Shown here piece after piece: positions 21,369-31,192 of a stretch of 64,000 nucleotides of DNA. Location: the NCBI GenBank assembly GCA_965198115.1, contig OZ240241.1, positions 2,208,001 to 2,272,000 of the forward strand, written 5' to 3'. The stretch's first letter is position 1; every line of letters begins with the position of its first letter. The notes under the pieces are model-generated. The model saw nothing but the letters and a program-made list of their open reading frames with translations, had not been told where the DNA came from and ran no database searches. This DNA comes from Candidatus Latescibacterota bacterium. Lineage in GTDB: Bacteria; Latescibacterota; UBA2968. Position numbers and translations under genes: made by a program.

Positions 21369-22469
21369 CTAGAGATTGAAGAGCTTTTTCGCCGTACCTC
21401 CGATGATGTTCTGGATGTCTTCATCGGAAAGCAGGCCCTGGCAGTGAACCCTGAAGGCATCGAGGGTCTGGCGGTAGTTGCAGAATCGCTCGACGTTCGG
21501 CATATCCGTACCCCACATCAACCGATCCGAACCCAGGGTCTCGACAATCTGCACAATGGTGGGATGGAGCTCGGTGTAGGGGTAGTCGAATACATTCCCG
21601 AGCATAATGTGAAATAGCAGCTGGAGCTTAGCGGCTGAGTCTCTGAATGGCCCGAAGACGACGTCTGGGAGGTCGAGCCGGTTGCCCTCGAGAAACATGC
21701 GAAACGGGAAGCCGTGGGTGAGCACACACGGTACCTCGGGATAGCGCTCGAGCCAGCCGGCCCAGATCTCGAGCTGGGACACATAATCGTCCAAGGTGCG
21801 ACCGGGACAGGGCGGGAAGATGGTGAACATGATCGGCTTACCCAGTGCTGTCACGCCTTCCCAAAACGGACGACACGCGTCAGAGTCCCACGATTCGGCG
21901 ACGCCGTACCGAAACCGGCTGGTGACCATGAATTGCAGTCCGTGTAACCCTCGCTGGTAGCTTCTTTCGACCTCGGCCAGCTGTCCTTCCGGGTCGTTTT
22001 CTATCTCCCATTCCGGGATGCAAACCAACGCCATCAACCGATCCGGATACTTCCGCACACATTCGGCATGATAGTCATTGAGCAGACCGAGTACGGCGTT
22101 GACGTGCAACAACGCGCGATCGACGCCTACGTAGTCCATCTGCGCCACGAGCATGTCGGGGGAATGCGACAGATCGACCATGTAGGGCGGCAGATACTGC
22201 TTGGCGTAGTCCACCCCATCCACGGTCCACTCGAATCGACCGTAATCACCCGCTCGGAAGTCGACGTCCTTCAACCCCTCTAGTGTGTTGTCTTGCGGAT
22301 CCGCGAGAAGGCTGTTGTCACCGGCCTGCACTCGATCGTGCAACCGCCATACCGGCTGGTGATGGTCGGCCATCTCTCGCTGCAGAATGCGTAGATGCTC
22401 CTCCACGGTGGCGAGGCCGTTTGCCTCGCCCAACGGCGGATAACAGTAAGCATGACTGTCGATGATCAT
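21369..22469 (-). CDS. Amidohydrolase family protein (Amidohydro_2)
   Basis: IIDSHAY, VLTHG, RLMWGTDMP, IIGGTAKKLF. Confidence 0.88.
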   Translation of the reverse strand: MIIDSHAYCYPPLGEANGLATVEEHLRILQREMADHHQPVWRLHDRVQAGDNSLLADPQDNTLEGLKDVDFRAGDYGRFEWTVDGVDYAKQYLPPYMVDLSHSPDMLVAQMDYVGVDRALLHVNAVLGLLNDYHAECVRKYPDRLMALVCIPEWEIENDPEGQLAEVERSYQRGLHGLQFMVTSRFRYGVAESWDSDACRPFWEGVTALGKPIMFTIFPPCPGRTLDDYVSQLEIWAGWLERYPEVPCVLTHGFPFRMFLEGNRLDLPDVVFGPFRDSAAKLQLLFHIMLGNVFDYPYTELHPTIVQIVETLGSDRLMWGTDMPNVERFCNYRQTLDAFRVHCQGLLSDEDIQNIIGGTAKKLFNL

Positions 22470-22554
22470 CGTCTGCGATTCCTCGAGTGAGCCTGCCGCG
22501 ACCGAGTTCTGGACGCGACCGTTTCCCCCTTATTTCCAAGCAAGGGACGATTTT

Positions 22555-24009
22555 CTACCGGAACTGGTAGGAGTACAGCTTCGCGTTCTTGAAGTAGAAC
22601 CGCAGCTTGACCGCCTTGCCCTCCAGCCGGCTCAGATCTGAGCTGCCGCTCCACGACGCCACCTGGTCGAGGCCGCCCTCCGTGATCGGGTCAGCGTCTT
22701 CGAACGCGAATCCCGGAATGTAGTCGTGATACGGCTCCAGGATCTCGACCCGGACCTCACACGGTCCGGCGCCTCCGTGCTGGGGTGCCGAGGCCATGTT
22801 CAGATGAAGCTGCGCTCCGGTGAACGAGAAGGAGCGGGTCACCAGCTCGCTGTACTCAGCGAAGTGAGGCCGGCCGAGCGGCGGGTCCCCCGCCAGGGCC
22901 TTGGTGCCGTCGAACGACACAAACCCGTCCAACCGGCTAACGGCCAACCCGATCGCCGCCTGGGCACGATCGCCCAGCTCGATCAATGTGTCGTGGGATC
23001 GCCAGTTGCGTCCGTTGTAGAACGTATAGATCCCCTCGCCAACCACGACCGATTCTTTAGCATACACCGAAACCGAGTCGAAATCGCTCCCGCCCCCGCG
23101 TTCGATGAACGGCTGGCGGTAGTTCCTCTGGTAGTGGATCCCATCGCGGCTGAACACGACCTCCGGATGATGCGTCGTGTTCGTAGTTCGGAAAATCCAC
23201 AGAAGCCCTACGTAGAGACCCTCGTAGGCCATGCAGGGCATGCTGTAGAACTCGGTGTCCGGCGGGTCTTGCGCGTCGGGCACGAGGATCGTCTCAGGCT
23301 CGCTCCAGACGATGCCGTCCGGGCTCTCGGACCTGCCGATCAGACGCTTGCCCAGCGGGGAACGTCGGTGTCGGCTGTTCTCCATGTGAACGACATACAC
23401 TTCCCGGATCGGGTCCCATCCCATGAACGAGGTCGGTCCCCAGCGCCCGATCTTCGGAGACGTGTCGATGATCGGATTGCTGTCATACGGCCTCCAGGAC
23501 TTGAAGTCCGGCGAGAAGTAGAGATCGAACGTCATGCCCGGCGTCCGCGTGTCCCCCGTCCTGACGTGTCCACGGAACCTCTTGTCATCACCCGCGTTGG
23601 GATCTGGATACGTGTAGCCCATCAACCAGTCCTGCGGCAGAATGTTATTCTGCTTCGAGCCCTCGTACTCGACCTCGCCTACGACCGGCTTCTTCCATTC
23701 GATGCCGTCTTCTGAGACCGCCAGACAGGTTCGGGTCCCGTCCTCTTCTTCCAGGAGCACTTCGTCTTTGACGCGCCTCGCCTTCCAAACCCTCGCCGAA
23801 TAGCGCATCTCGAAACGACCGGCCTCGTCGTCCCACCACACGTTGTCCACGATGAGGTGGCGTCCTTCCCACGGATGCTCGGACCGCAGCACGGGATTGC
23901 CGGCCGCCTTCTCGGCCCGATTCATCGTCCGCACACAGTTGCTCGTACTCTCGATCAGGTAGTCGTCAACGAAGAACTGTTTCTGCGAAGCGATGTTGAT
24001 CAACGCCAT
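22555..24009 (-). CDS. Beta-propeller glycoside-hydrolase-like protein, paralog 2
   Basis: Highly similar over its full length to 19835-21292. Confidence 0.75.
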   Translation of the reverse strand: MALINIASQKQFFVDDYLIESTSNCVRTMNRAEKAAGNPVLRSEHPWEGRHLIVDNVWWDDEAGRFEMRYSARVWKARRVKDEVLLEEEDGTRTCLAVSEDGIEWKKPVVGEVEYEGSKQNNILPQDWLMGYTYPDPNAGDDKRFRGHVRTGDTRTPGMTFDLYFSPDFKSWRPYDSNPIIDTSPKIGRWGPTSFMGWDPIREVYVVHMENSRHRRSPLGKRLIGRSESPDGIVWSEPETILVPDAQDPPDTEFYSMPCMAYEGLYVGLLWIFRTTNTTHHPEVVFSRDGIHYQRNYRQPFIERGGGSDFDSVSVYAKESVVVGEGIYTFYNGRNWRSHDTLIELGDRAQAAIGLAVSRLDGFVSFDGTKALAGDPPLGRPHFAEYSELVTRSFSFTGAQLHLNMASAPQHGGAGPCEVRVEILEPYHDYIPGFAFEDADPITEGGLDQVASWSGSSDLSRLEGKAVKLRFYFKNAKLYSYQFR

Positions 24010-24053
24010 CTCTCGGCACCTCCGGACAGCATAGATGATGTGGAAATAGAACT

Positions 24054-25525
24054 GGTGTTGTGCCTATCGTAGTTGAAACTTAGAGGGCTCCAAACTTACG
24101 TTGGGTAGACGTGTAGGAGCGTATACCCGTAAGAAAGGAGCCCAGATGGAGAAGCTATTTGTAGGCGATGGTGAAGTCAAGGTTGAGGGCGATGTCATCG
24201 ATTTGGAGACGCGTTTGTCGGTGATCCAGGCGTTGATCCCGTTGGGTCTGGAGGCAGTGGCAGACCTCCTCCAGCAGGAGGTCGAGCAGCTCGCAGGCGT
24301 TCGGTATGCGCGCAAAGGTTCGGAGCAGGCGCATCGTCGGTGGGGAAGCCAGAAGGGATCCGTGTATCTGATGGACCAGAAGCTCCCGTTAGACGTTCCC
24401 CGGGTGCGCGACGTCGAGGCCGACGCAGAGGTTTCCCTGGCTGCATACCGGGCTCTACAGACGCCCAAGAAGACGGACGAGGGGCTGTTGCTTCGTGTTC
24501 TCAAGGGGATCTCGTGCCGCAACTACAAGGCCTGTGCCGAATCGGTTCCAGAAGCGTTTGGTATCTCAGCGTCCTCCGTCTCGCGGCGGTTCATCAAAGC
24601 CACCGCGAAGAAGCTGAAGCAGTTCCAGGAGCGTCCCCTCGACGACTACGGCTTCGTGACCCTGTTCATTGACGGAAAGAGCTTTGCCGACGAAGAGATC
24701 GTGATCGCTCCGGGGGTCACGATGGACGGCCAGAAGATCCCCCTGGGCTTCGTCGAATCGGCGACGGAGAACGAACGGATCTGCCGCCAGCTGATCCAGG
24801 ACCTCATCCGGAGAGGCCTGTGCTACGACCAGGGCCTTCTCGTTGTGCTTGACGGCTCAAAGGGACTCCGCAGTGCTGTCACCAAAGCCCTCAAAGGGTA
24901 TGTGCGCGTGCATCGCTGTCAGTGGCACAAGCGCGAGAATGTCGTCAGCTATCTCCCGGAGAGGGAACGTCCAAGAGTTCGACGGAAGCTCCAGAAAGCC
25001 TATGACTGCGACACCTACGAGAATGTCGTCAGCTATCTCCCGGAGAGGGAACGTCCAAGAGTTCGACGGAAGCTCCAGAAAGCCTATGACTGCGACACCT
25101 ACGAGGAGGCAAAGGCCGCACTCGAATCACTTAAACCCGAACTGAAGCTGATGAATCAGTCTGCCGTAACGAGCCTCGAGGAAGGCCTGGAGGAAACCCT
25201 GACCCTCCACCGGCTGGGTATGCTCCCATTCCTGAAACGAAGCTTCCGAACCACCAACTGCATCGAAGCCCTCAACAGCAGGACCGGCGAGCTCACTCGG
25301 AAGGTCAGACGCTGGAACAACTCTCCCCAGAGACACAGATGGGTGGCTGCCGCACTCCTCGACATCGAACCTCGCCTGCGACGCGTGAGCGGATACAAAC
25401 ATCTTCCCCTACTCAGGCAAGCACTGAACAAAGATCTGAATCTCGACAACGAACAGAATGCTCAAAAGAGAGCCTGACCAAACTACGGGGCCCGATGAGT
25501 TTTCAACTGACTATGGGACTTGACC
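24054..25525 (+). mobile_element. IS256-family element B, copy 1 (carries an internal 84-bp duplication)
   Basis: Ends GGTGTTGTGCCTATCGTAGTTGAAA and TTTCAACTGACTATGGGACTTGACC; 8-bp TSD ATAGAACT at 24046-24053 and 25526-25533. Confidence 0.93.
24146..25477 (+). CDS. IS256 (Mutator-type) transposase
   Basis: LFIDG, VLDGSKGL, HRCQWHKREN, RTTNCIEALN. ATG 24146 has AAGGAG upstream. Confidence 0.92.
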   Translation: MEKLFVGDGEVKVEGDVIDLETRLSVIQALIPLGLEAVADLLQQEVEQLAGVRYARKGSEQAHRRWGSQKGSVYLMDQKLPLDVPRVRDVEADAEVSLAAYRALQTPKKTDEGLLLRVLKGISCRNYKACAESVPEAFGISASSVSRRFIKATAKKLKQFQERPLDDYGFVTLFIDGKSFADEEIVIAPGVTMDGQKIPLGFVESATENERICRQLIQDLIRRGLCYDQGLLVVLDGSKGLRSAVTKALKGYVRVHRCQWHKRENVVSYLPERERPRVRRKLQKAYDCDTYENVVSYLPERERPRVRRKLQKAYDCDTYEEAKAALESLKPELKLMNQSAVTSLEEGLEETLTLHRLGMLPFLKRSFRTTNCIEALNSRTGELTRKVRRWNNSPQRHRWVAAALLDIEPRLRRVSGYKHLPLLRQALNKDLNLDNEQNAQKRA

Positions 25526-25602
25526 ATAGAACTCGTGTGAATTGAAAAGGCGATGACTGGTCCACCTGATTCTTGATTCTCACATCATTCTATCCACGAT
25601 AC

Positions 25603-26118
25603 CTACTTCGTTCTCGGCTTGACGTCGATCGCCCGGATGATGACCGGCACGGGCCAGAACCGCCCGTGATGAGGTTCCTTTTCTCCGGGAGGGAGAAAAT
25701 ACCACTGATTGGGCTTCATCTGTCCCAGCTCGGAAGGGAGTTGCGGTAGCTTCTTCGGGTCGAGACCCGCTTCGATCAGCTGCTCGGCATTGATGAAATC
25801 GACCACGTCCTCCTGTGTATTCAGTGGATCTGTAGCAAAGTGTGTCATATGCCCGCCCCTGGTGATTCCCCCACCCGCTTGAAAGCAGTATTCGCCGCTC
25901 ACGTGCGTCGCGTCGACGACGATGTCCGGTCGCAAAGCAATCAGATTGGCAATTGTGGCGAGCTCGCGTGCTACCATCTGAGCGGTGCCGCGCGCCATTC
26001 TGCCCTGTTTCTCATACTCTTCCCTGTTCTTACCATCAGTCTGGCCGGGACTGTGAGATACGAACATTGTAATAGCCACGAGCGCTGTCCCGATCGTGAT
26101 CGCGTGTCTGTGTTCCAT
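25603..26118 (-). CDS. Hypothetical exported protein
   Basis: 171 aa, signal-peptide-like N-terminus, SD AGGAGG. Confidence 0.7.
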   Translation of the reverse strand: MEHRHAITIGTALVAITMFVSHSPGQTDGKNREEYEKQGRMARGTAQMVARELATIANLIALRPDIVVDATHVSGEYCFQAGGGITRGGHMTHFATDPLNTQEDVVDFINAEQLIEAGLDPKKLPQLPSELGQMKPNQWYFLPPGEKEPHHGRFWPVPVIIRAIDVKPRTK

Positions 26119-26460
26119 GGTACCCTCCTGTTCTTCGAGCCGTGTATGCCCTGAATCCCGCGGAACGAATGTGTCGGAGATACGACTTCACTTGCCGGTC
26201 CTCTTCGATATTGGACATTGGGAGATGAACATCGGAATAAACGGCGTTCTCTCGTTCCCAGGCAAGGGAATCTGGTTCAGCAAGGAGGCCCTTTTCGCGG
26301 CTATCCCGCAAAACTATATTGGCGCCTCTGAGGAGCGGGCCCCTGCAGGCTCTGGTAGTCGAGTGCTGCGCAGACAGTGATCTGGGAGAAAATCGACTGC
26401 AGCGCTTGGAGCCGATCGATACACTTACCGGCGCTGCCGAGTCGTGTTTGATAGACCGAG

Positions 26461-26481
26461 CTCTCTAATTAGAAGTTCGGC
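26461..26481 (+). other. attI-like integron recombination site
   Basis: TCTCTAAT-TAGAA-GTTCGGC has the attI1 layout (GCCCTAAA-ACAAA-GTTRRRY) and ends 16 bp before the GH36-like ATG. It is not part of a hairpin. Confidence 0.45.
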
Positions 26482-26497
26482 CCAGGAGATCTGATAG

Positions 26498-28540
26498 ATG
26501 ATCAGGATTGACGCGGAAACAGGCCGTATGTGGTGCCCTGACAAGGGGATTGATTTTGCCGACCGTCCATACGTGTACTCGCTGCGCGGACGAGTGGCAG
26601 ATCGAGAAGTGGTTGAGGCTGGACTCGGTGCCAAGACCGTCACCACGAACGAGGACGGCATTGTCGTGCGGGGGATGTTCGAAGCGCTGCAGATCGAGTT
26701 GATGCAGCGCTTCCGCAACACGTCAGACGGCGTGGAAGAGACGATTGCCTTCAAGAACCTCGGCGACGAGTCGGTAACGCTTTCAGACATTGGGCTGGGA
26801 TTCGCCGCGGACCTGGACGGACGACCGACCTGGCGGTTGTGTGCCATCCCATTTCGCGTGCAACTGGACGGAAGCCGTCACGACTATTCCAGCATCGATC
26901 TGATCGAGGGCGATTTCAGCAACGCCGTCTACCGGGACGAAACTCGTCCTGAGCCCCCGCTTGTGGAAGAAGGCCGCCTTCGTTCCGAGGCCTGAGCCTG
27001 GTGGGCGGATGGGCTCGGTCTGCTCGTGGCGAAGTACAACAACGCCGATGTCGAGCTCTCCGTGGCGGCGCCGCTGAGGTTGGAAGATCGGACGGCACTC
27101 CGGTTCGGCGGCGTGGGCACGTGCCTCTACGGCGAACCCAGCAGGGGGCATGCTCTGGCGCCCGGGCAGTCCTTCACGTTCGGGACAACGCACTACCTGC
27201 TCGTGGAGGGGGTGATCGAAGATGCGTTCGTTCGCTACCGCGAGCTCCTCGACCGCCACGGCCACGGTGTCCCAGTCGACTACGACCCGCCTGTCAACTG
27301 GAATGAGCTCTACGACGTCGGCTGGTTCAGTTCCGACCGCGAAAAGCTGAAATCACACTACACCCGGGACGCGCTGCTCCGGGAGGCAGAGAAGGCCCGG
27401 GCCTGCGGCTGCGAACTCCTCTATCTCGACCCTGGTTGGGAGGTTGCCGAAGGCACAACCCTTTGGGATGAGGACCGACTGGGAACGGTGGAGCGCTTCG
27501 CCGCTGTGTTGCAGGAGGACTATGGGCTGGAAATGGGCTTTCGCACGATCCTCCGATGTTACCGGGACCACTGGGATCAGCGGCACGTTATCCAGCACCC
27601 GAAGGCCCCCAAGGCGCCGGTCGAGTGGGGAGGTCAAAATCTCTGGGAGCTCTGTCTCTGCGATCCCTCATTCCGGGAACAGAAGATCGAGCGAATCCTG
27701 GACGTTGCCAGTTGTGGAAGCCGCTTTCTGATGGTCGATGAGATGGACTGGCGCGGTCCGTGCCACGACCCCAAGCACGGTCACGACGTTCCCACGAAGG
27801 CAACCGACCATGCTCGCGCCGTCTACGAGCTATGTCGTGAACTCAAGCGCCGTTGCCCCGAACTCACGCTCGAGTGTCACGATCCCGTCTGGCCCTGGCA
27901 CACCTGCATTTACTTACCTACCTACTTCCAACAGGGCTTCGGAGACCAGGGTGCCTACGAAGAGAACTGGGGCTTCGAATACATGTGGAACTGCCTCGAA
28001 GACCTGCGCAGTGGAAAAGCACTTGCGCTCTACTACTACAACCTCTCCTGCAACATTCCTCTGTACCTTCACATCACCATGGCGGCAGACAACGACAACT
28101 GCCTGTTTTTCTGGTGGGCGGCGTCCACCGTTCGCCACCTGGGAATTGGCGGAAAACACGGTCACCCATCTGTCACCCCCAAGTCTCTGCCCAAGTACGA
28201 CCCCGAACGTCGATTCGCTGCTTACCAAAAGCAGATGACGCTCTACAAGCGGCTCAAGCCTTACTTCACGCGTGGCACTTTCCACGGCCTCCGTGAAAAC
28301 ACGCACCTGCATACCCTCCCTGGGCGGAGGGGTGGAGTGCTGTTGATGTTCAACATAACGGAAGTGGATCAGGCAATAGAAGCCCGGATTGACCAAAGAC
28401 TGCTTCAGACCGGCGGCCGCCCGCAGGTCGAAGGGGCTGTTGCCATCACCGAAGAGGGCGTGCTATGCATCCGGGCGGACATTCCTGCAATGTCAGCAAC
28501 GGTCGTTCGTATTGGCGATGCCGTCGAAAGGGGCGAATGA
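26498..28540 (+). pseudogene. Alpha-galactosidase-like (GH36/clan D) protein with an in-frame TGA at 26993-26995
   Basis: ORFs 26498-26995 and 27026-28540 are in the same frame. Motifs PPVNWN, LLYLDPGW, FLMVDE. Confidence 0.72.
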
Positions 28541-28545
28541 GGGGA

Positions 28546-28604
28546 GCCGAACAAAGGCATCGAGGCGTCGTCCTGAAGGCCGCACCTCATGGCACACGTT
28601 CGGC
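28546..28604 (+). other. attC site (59-base element)
   Basis: GCCGAAC-AAAG-GCATCGAGG...CCTCATGGC-ACAC-GTTCGGC: complementary R''/R' boxes and paired L boxes with an extra base. It lies 5 bp after one stop codon and 13 bp before the next ATG. Confidence 0.78.
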
Positions 28605-28617
28605 GTAGAAGGACCAT

Positions 28618-29229
28618 ATGAATCGGCATTCGATAGTCCTGAGGCCCGCCAACCCCACGTTCGATGAAGGTCTGGCATTTGCACGCTACCTTGACGAAGC
28701 AGCCGAGGGGTTCTTTCGTTTTATGCTCGGTCCCCGCGTCGGGTACATAACCGCTACGGCGTTCGCCCAGTCCGACCACGACCTCTCCTACCAGAATGTG
28801 ACTTTCGCAGAACGTGACAACGTCATTGTGGGAATGGCCTTGGGGTACACCGCGGAGCAGCATCGCCGTTCCTCGCGCCAACCCCTGAAGCGGGCTGCCG
28901 GAAGGCGTAATCTACGCATGAGGATCGTGCTCATCCTGTTTGCTCCACTCATGCGGATTATCGATTCAATCGCCGATGGCGATTTCTACCTCCACGCCAT
29001 CGCTGTCGATGAGGAAGTTCGCGGCGATGGCGTCGGCTCCGTCTTGATGGACGCCCTTGAAGAGCGGGCTCGCGCGAGCGGATCGACTCGACTATCCCTC
29101 GACGTTTCAGCGAAGAATGAGGGCGCTCGTCGATTCTACCAGCGCCGCGGGATGACCGTCGAGTCGCAATGGCCGAAGCGATTGGCTATACCGGGATTGA
29201 AGCTCTATCGAATGATAAAAGAGTTCTGA
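28618..29229 (+). CDS. GNAT family N-acetyltransferase (probable gene cassette)
   Basis: YLHAIAVDEEVRGDGVGS, NEGARRFYQRRG. Confidence 0.9.
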   Translation: MNRHSIVLRPANPTFDEGLAFARYLDEAAEGFFRFMLGPRVGYITATAFAQSDHDLSYQNVTFAERDNVIVGMALGYTAEQHRRSSRQPLKRAAGRRNLRMRIVLILFAPLMRIIDSIADGDFYLHAIAVDEEVRGDGVGSVLMDALEERARASGSTRLSLDVSAKNEGARRFYQRRGMTVESQWPKRLAIPGLKLYRMIKEF

Positions 29230-29440
29230 GCTTCATCGGGTCCCTCTTCGACGGCATACTTGGCCGTGGGGCACCAGAACGCGAGAACGATCTGACTAGA
29301 CGAGGTAACCGGTGCGATACCTGGAAATGAGACGCCACTGGCTGCGAGAGCAACCGAATGAACACCTCTCGCAACAAGGGGTGGATCTGGCTAGACGCAT
29401 CGGACAGGAAGCCCACACACAATGACTACCCCACGGCTCC

Positions 29441-29527
29441 GCATAAGTGTAGGCTTGCTGGTGGCCTACCACACCCCTCCCACCCACACGCGCTTCTCCG
29501 CACGTCGCAAGCCTTTGTCCGTTAGCC
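29441..29527 (+). other. Degenerate attC-like site
   Basis: AGGCTTGC (29451) and GCAAGCCT (29507) arms, then 6 nt, then GTTAGCC. The R'' box is degenerate. Confidence 0.45.
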
Positions 29528-29545
29528 GACACGCAGAAACCCGTT

Positions 29546-29653
29546 ATGAAACCCAAAGTCATCGTCTTTGATCTATTCGACCGAACCCTGACGATTCCAC
29601 TCGTTTTCTTGTTGCACGACTCAGCGAGACCTGATTATCGCTGCACATCATGA
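29546..29653 (+). pseudogene. N-terminal remnant of a HAD-family hydrolase
   Basis: MKPKVIVFDLFDRTL resembles HAD motif I; it stops after 35 codons. Confidence 0.45.
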
Positions 29654-29706
29654 TGTGATTAATGCCCGGACACCCCCCAATCCCAGTCGTGTAGAGGAGT
29701 TCAACC

Positions 29707-30654
29707 ATGCCCGATCTGGAAGTTCGGCGATTGGGACGTACAGAGATGAAACCGAGGGCGCTTGGATTGGGTGGAGGGCATCTCGGTTTTCCCGAGCAGT
29801 CCGATGAAAACGCCACGACGACGATTCGGGAGGCCATCGAGCTGGGCATCAACTTCGTCGACACGTCTCCATACTACGGCGACAGTGAGCGTCGGGTCGG
29901 TCTGGCATTGGCAGGTGGATGGCGGGAAAAGGTGTACCTGCAAACCAAGGTGGGCTCTCATCCGCGATTTCTCCGAGATTTTTCTAAAGAAGCGACGACG
30001 TGGAGCCTGGAGAACAGCTTCAAACAACTACAGACAGACTATGTCGATTCGGTGCTCATTCACGGGCCACGCTACGACGTTGAAGAACCGCTCGGGGCCT
30101 GCCTGGATGTGCTGGTCGATTGGAAAGGGAAAGGGTGCATCGGTCACATCGGTATCGGTGTGCGACAGCACGAATTTCACAGGCGGGCCATTGAAACAGG
30201 CGAGATGGACCTTGTATTGTCGTTCCTGGACTACACCTTGCTTTGTCAGTCCCTCGCCGAAACGACGATTCCTCTGGCATTGGAACACGACGTAGGAATC
30301 CTTTTGGGCAGCCCATTGGGCGGGTCGCTTCTGGCGGGTCCAGAACCGATCATCAGGAAAGAGGTGACCCACGATGAAGACGGAAACCTCATACCCGCGC
30401 TCGCAGGCAGTCTGACAGACCCGGCCGTGTATCCGCGCGTGCACCGAATGTGGGCCTGGTGTCGTGAACGAGACCTGAACATCCGAGACCTGGCCATACA
30501 GTTCGCGCTCAATGCGCCCGTTAAAGGCAATGGCATGGTCCTGACAGGACCGGCCGGTCCAGAGGAGTTTCACGAGGTCTATGAGAGCGCCACGACGGAG
30601 GTGTCGGAAGTGGTATGGCAGGACTTTGAGTTCGAGTTCGGTGTAAGGATCTAG
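29707..30654 (+). CDS. Aldo/keto reductase
   Basis: RRLGRT, GINFVDTSPYYGDSERRVG, QTKVG, LQTDYVD. Confidence 0.93.
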   Translation: MPDLEVRRLGRTEMKPRALGLGGGHLGFPEQSDENATTTIREAIELGINFVDTSPYYGDSERRVGLALAGGWREKVYLQTKVGSHPRFLRDFSKEATTWSLENSFKQLQTDYVDSVLIHGPRYDVEEPLGACLDVLVDWKGKGCIGHIGIGVRQHEFHRRAIETGEMDLVLSFLDYTLLCQSLAETTIPLALEHDVGILLGSPLGGSLLAGPEPIIRKEVTHDEDGNLIPALAGSLTDPAVYPRVHRMWAWCRERDLNIRDLAIQFALNAPVKGNGMVLTGPAGPEEFHEVYESATTEVSEVVWQDFEFEFGVRI

Positions 30655-30714
30655 CCAGAGACTTTCGGCTGGGAGTGACTCCGAACCGACCATGGTTGCA
30701 AAACGAGGAATCTA

Positions 30715-31098
30715 ATGGCCCGCAGAGATTGGTATTGTGAGGATGTCTTGAGCGGTAAGCTCAAAGTTGAGACGATTTGGGAAAACGACGATGTGCTCGC
30801 CTTCGACCATCCAAGGCCCGTCGAGCCGGTTCACGTGGTCGTCATTCCAAAGAAGCACGTTTCCTCGATCATGGACCCCCAAGCACTGGAGCCCGACCTG
30901 CTTGTGTCCATGGTGACTGCGGTTCAGGAATCTGCGAAGCGGAAGGGAATCGACGACCCGGGGTTCAGAGTCAAAACGGGCGCGATAGCCCCGGGCGTGA
31001 CCCCTCATATGCATTGGCACGTCCTGGGACCGGGAATCCCTCCCCTCGATTGGGAAAGCCTTGTCCAGGGAATGAAAGAACAACGGGAAAGTCAGTAG
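30715..31098 (+). CDS. HIT family protein
   Basis: PVHVVVIPKKH and HMHWH histidine triad. Confidence 0.9.
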   Translation: MARRDWYCEDVLSGKLKVETIWENDDVLAFDHPRPVEPVHVVVIPKKHVSSIMDPQALEPDLLVSMVTAVQESAKRKGIDDPGFRVKTGAIAPGVTPHMHWHVLGPGIPPLDWESLVQGMKEQRESQ

Positions 31099-31192
31099 AA
31101 CGCCGCGCTACGAATGACCAAGAGCCGGCTTCCACCACCCTCGGACATGGCAAGCCGGCACACCTAGGACACGAATCACGGAGGTCCGAAAG

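Noticed and set aside
26240-26310. Possible intI remnant near the attI-like site (KRASLLNQI on minus, VLSFPGKGI on plus)
   Set aside because: Only a few residues of resemblance, no tyrosine-recombinase catalytic motifs, and the two readings contradict each other.
26993-26995. In-frame TGA here and at 39668-39670 as stop-codon recoding or selenocysteine
   Set aside because: TGA ends many genes in the window, an in-frame TAA also occurs (51469), and no SECIS was recognised. Single substitutions (TGG or GGA to TGA) explain both cases.
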